From Eledone cirrhosa (lineage: Eukaryota), in contig OZ024744.1 in assembly GCA_964016885.1 (NCBI GenBank), positions 113,398,001 through 113,462,000 on the forward strand: 64,000 nucleotides of DNA, read 5' to 3'. Both the position numbers and the translations under genes were made by a program. Under the pieces are notes generated by a model. The model was given only the letters and a program-made list of their open reading frames with translations. It ran no database searches and was not told where the DNA came from. This document shows, in pieces, positions 61,964-64,000 of the stretch; position 1 is the stretch's first letter; every line of letters begins with the position of its first letter.

Positions 61964-63790
61964 ATGACTGCAGGTGTTAAAGCCTCCACCACCACCACCA
62001 CCGCGACAACCACCACCCCCACCACCACCGCGACAACAGAAACAAAAGAAGAAAAAAATAAATTAACTCGTGATGTCGAAATGAAATCAAGCAAAATGGA
62101 CTCTTCCCCACCAAAGACGACTGACGTCACCACCACCACAACTGAAACTAAAATTAATGTTAACGATAGCAACAACAACAACAATGACATTATAAAACCC
62201 CACCTCAGTTTCGCCAGAGTAGCAAAACAGTTCGAAGCATTTACGGTAACTCAGGAGGATTTAGAAAATGCCAAACAAATGGTAAAGAAAGATGGGTACA
62301 GGGTCAGCCCCCCCCCCCACACACACCTAATAAAATGGAGCATCGGCACCTATGCACCGTGTCGTATAGAACAATAAATGTAAAATCGCGCCGAGTGGAA
62401 CGGGCATCCGAGTCCCAAATCCAAAAAGCTTTGGGACATGTGTGGGCAAGAAAAACCCACATCAGACGTGGGCAAAAGTATGGAACCGTGGACGCGTTCT
62501 TTGAAACACCAGAGGAGGCTAGAGAACACTCCATGGCCCCATTAAGAAGTGACGACTTCACACTCGTCCCAAGCTTTTGTGGCCAGAGACTCGTAAAGAT
62601 CAGGGTGACCCACGTTCCACCGGCCATCGAAATTCCCTGTCTAATAGCGGCTGTCCTCGCCGGCATCGAAGCCAACACGAAAATAATAGCAATAGCAAAA
62701 GAAAAGCAGGAGAACTGGTCCGGATCTGGGATGGAGCTCCTGATCCAAGCGGACCAAAAAAGCATTGAGGAGATCCCAGAGGTAATAGACCTCACTGACG
62801 GCAGCCACCTCACGGTAATTGTCGAGGGCAGAAGACCTAGGTGTGTCGTTTGTGGTGAAGGAACCCGCCTAAGGGCTTTCTGCCCTCAGGCTAAAAGGTT
62901 GAGGCCACCTCTCCTACCCACCCCAGTGACACAACCATCAACACCACCAGTAGCAGAGATTGCAGCAACAACTGTAGCAGCAACAACAGAAGCAACTATA
63001 ACAGCAACAACCCCAGCAACAATAGCAAACCAACACCACTACCACCACCAGCAAAACCAACACCACCACCACCCAACGCTTCAGAACTAGCACCAGCGCC
63101 TACACCATCCACCACGCCACAACCAAACAACCAAAACTAACGGCTGTGGAGGATTTTCCACTCCCCGGCCTATCACAACTGGAGACAGATTGTGACGACG
63201 AGGAGTGGGAAACGATATCCGGAAAAAAAAAAAGAAACCAAAAAAGAAAAAAATTCTCTTCCTTCCCCCTCCAAAAACAAAATACAGAGGGAAACAAATA
63301 AATTAAGAAACAAAAAAGTTAGGACAGATATGCCACCATCCACACCAGCATCACCAACCCCATCAACCCATCACCAACACCATCACCATCATTAACCCCA
63401 ACACCACCATCACCTACACCACAAAAGTCACCAAAATGCGAAACAGAAACAAACCCACAACAAACGCAAACAAAACAAAACAACCAAAACGATACACACT
63501 ACACAGCATTAAATTTGAACAACAAGCAATTATTACACTACATCCAACACAACACCAGCATCACAGAAAAAGACTACACAACAACCCCAAAATTCACACC
63601 ACCTCCACACATACAAATCACTCGCATCACACAGAAAACGTACACGACACTAAAACAAAAATTCCCCAAAGACATCGGAGACTTCCGACAAGCACTCTCC
63701 AGGAGGATTTATAAGGACATCCTTCCTGAGGAGGCCACAAGCAGTGAAAAGGATGGAAAAACCGTCCTTCCCCTACGAGAAGTAAGGTAA
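61964..63790 (+). pseudogene. ORF1 of an L1/Tx1-like LINE, frameshifted
   Basis: RRM-like segment KIRVTHVP...VIVEGRRPR then zinc knuckle CVVCGEGTRLRAFC (H lost); low-complexity flanks; directly precedes an APE ORF. Confidence 0.75.
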
Positions 63791-63824
63791 GTGGTCTTTC
63801 CCATCTTTTCCACTCCTTTTCAAC

Positions 63825-64000
63825 ATGACCTCACTCAGAATAGGCAGCATAAATACGCGTGGCTTGGGGTCGTCATGGAAGCAGGGCCACCTGCTCAACG
63901 ACCTCAGGTCACTAAACATAGATGTAGTGGCCATCAGCGAGACCAGAATCTCCGAAGCACAGGCTTTCGCACCGATCTTCGGCGGCTACGATGTGTACGC
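63825..64000 (+). CDS. Start of LINE ORF2 (APE endonuclease), runs off window
   Basis: MTSLRIGSINTRGL...LNIDVVAISETR. Confidence 0.85.
   Translation, partial: MTSLRIGSINTRGLGSSWKQGHLLNDLRSLNIDVVAISETRISEAQAFAPIFGGYDVY

Overview
Eukaryotic, gene-free, AT-rich 64-kb window made almost entirely of nested retroelements and microsatellites. The repeat families suggest an animal genome, most likely an octopus/cephalopod (inference from the SINE and RTE types). No host exon was identified, and most of the supplied ORFs (YIYI..., CVCV..., antisense) are artefacts. The dominant component is Penelope-like elements (PLEs; RT plus C-terminal GIY-YIG endonuclease) from at least 10 families, nearly all inserted in (TA)n tracts. 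They occur as one near-full-length partial tandem, several truncated copies and many short fold-back (inverted pseudo-LTR) remnants. Reading the pLTRs by eye gives about 35 type I hammerhead ribozyme (HHR) motifs on both strands, counting damaged copies. Their catalytic cores are unusually varied (CUGANGA, CCGANGA, CAGAAGA, CCGUCGA and the U3-A8 covariant UUGAGAA), their stems III are often palindromic, and stem II insertions reach about 110 nt. Also present: five decayed minus-strand RTE LINEs with a PHD finger inside the RT, one RTE-BovB-like LINE, Dong/R4-like RLE elements in (TAA)n, the 5' part of an L1/Tx1-like LINE, a DD37D (maT) mariner remnant, non-autonomous Helitrons and two SINE families. 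Notable oddities are a 26-nt patch copied from flanking DNA into a PLE inversion junction, junctions clustering at the HHR 5' boundary, and 12 ACUAAC (STAR/Quaking-type) motifs in a PLE 3' UTR. All clade names and folds were assigned by eye; no search or folding program was run.
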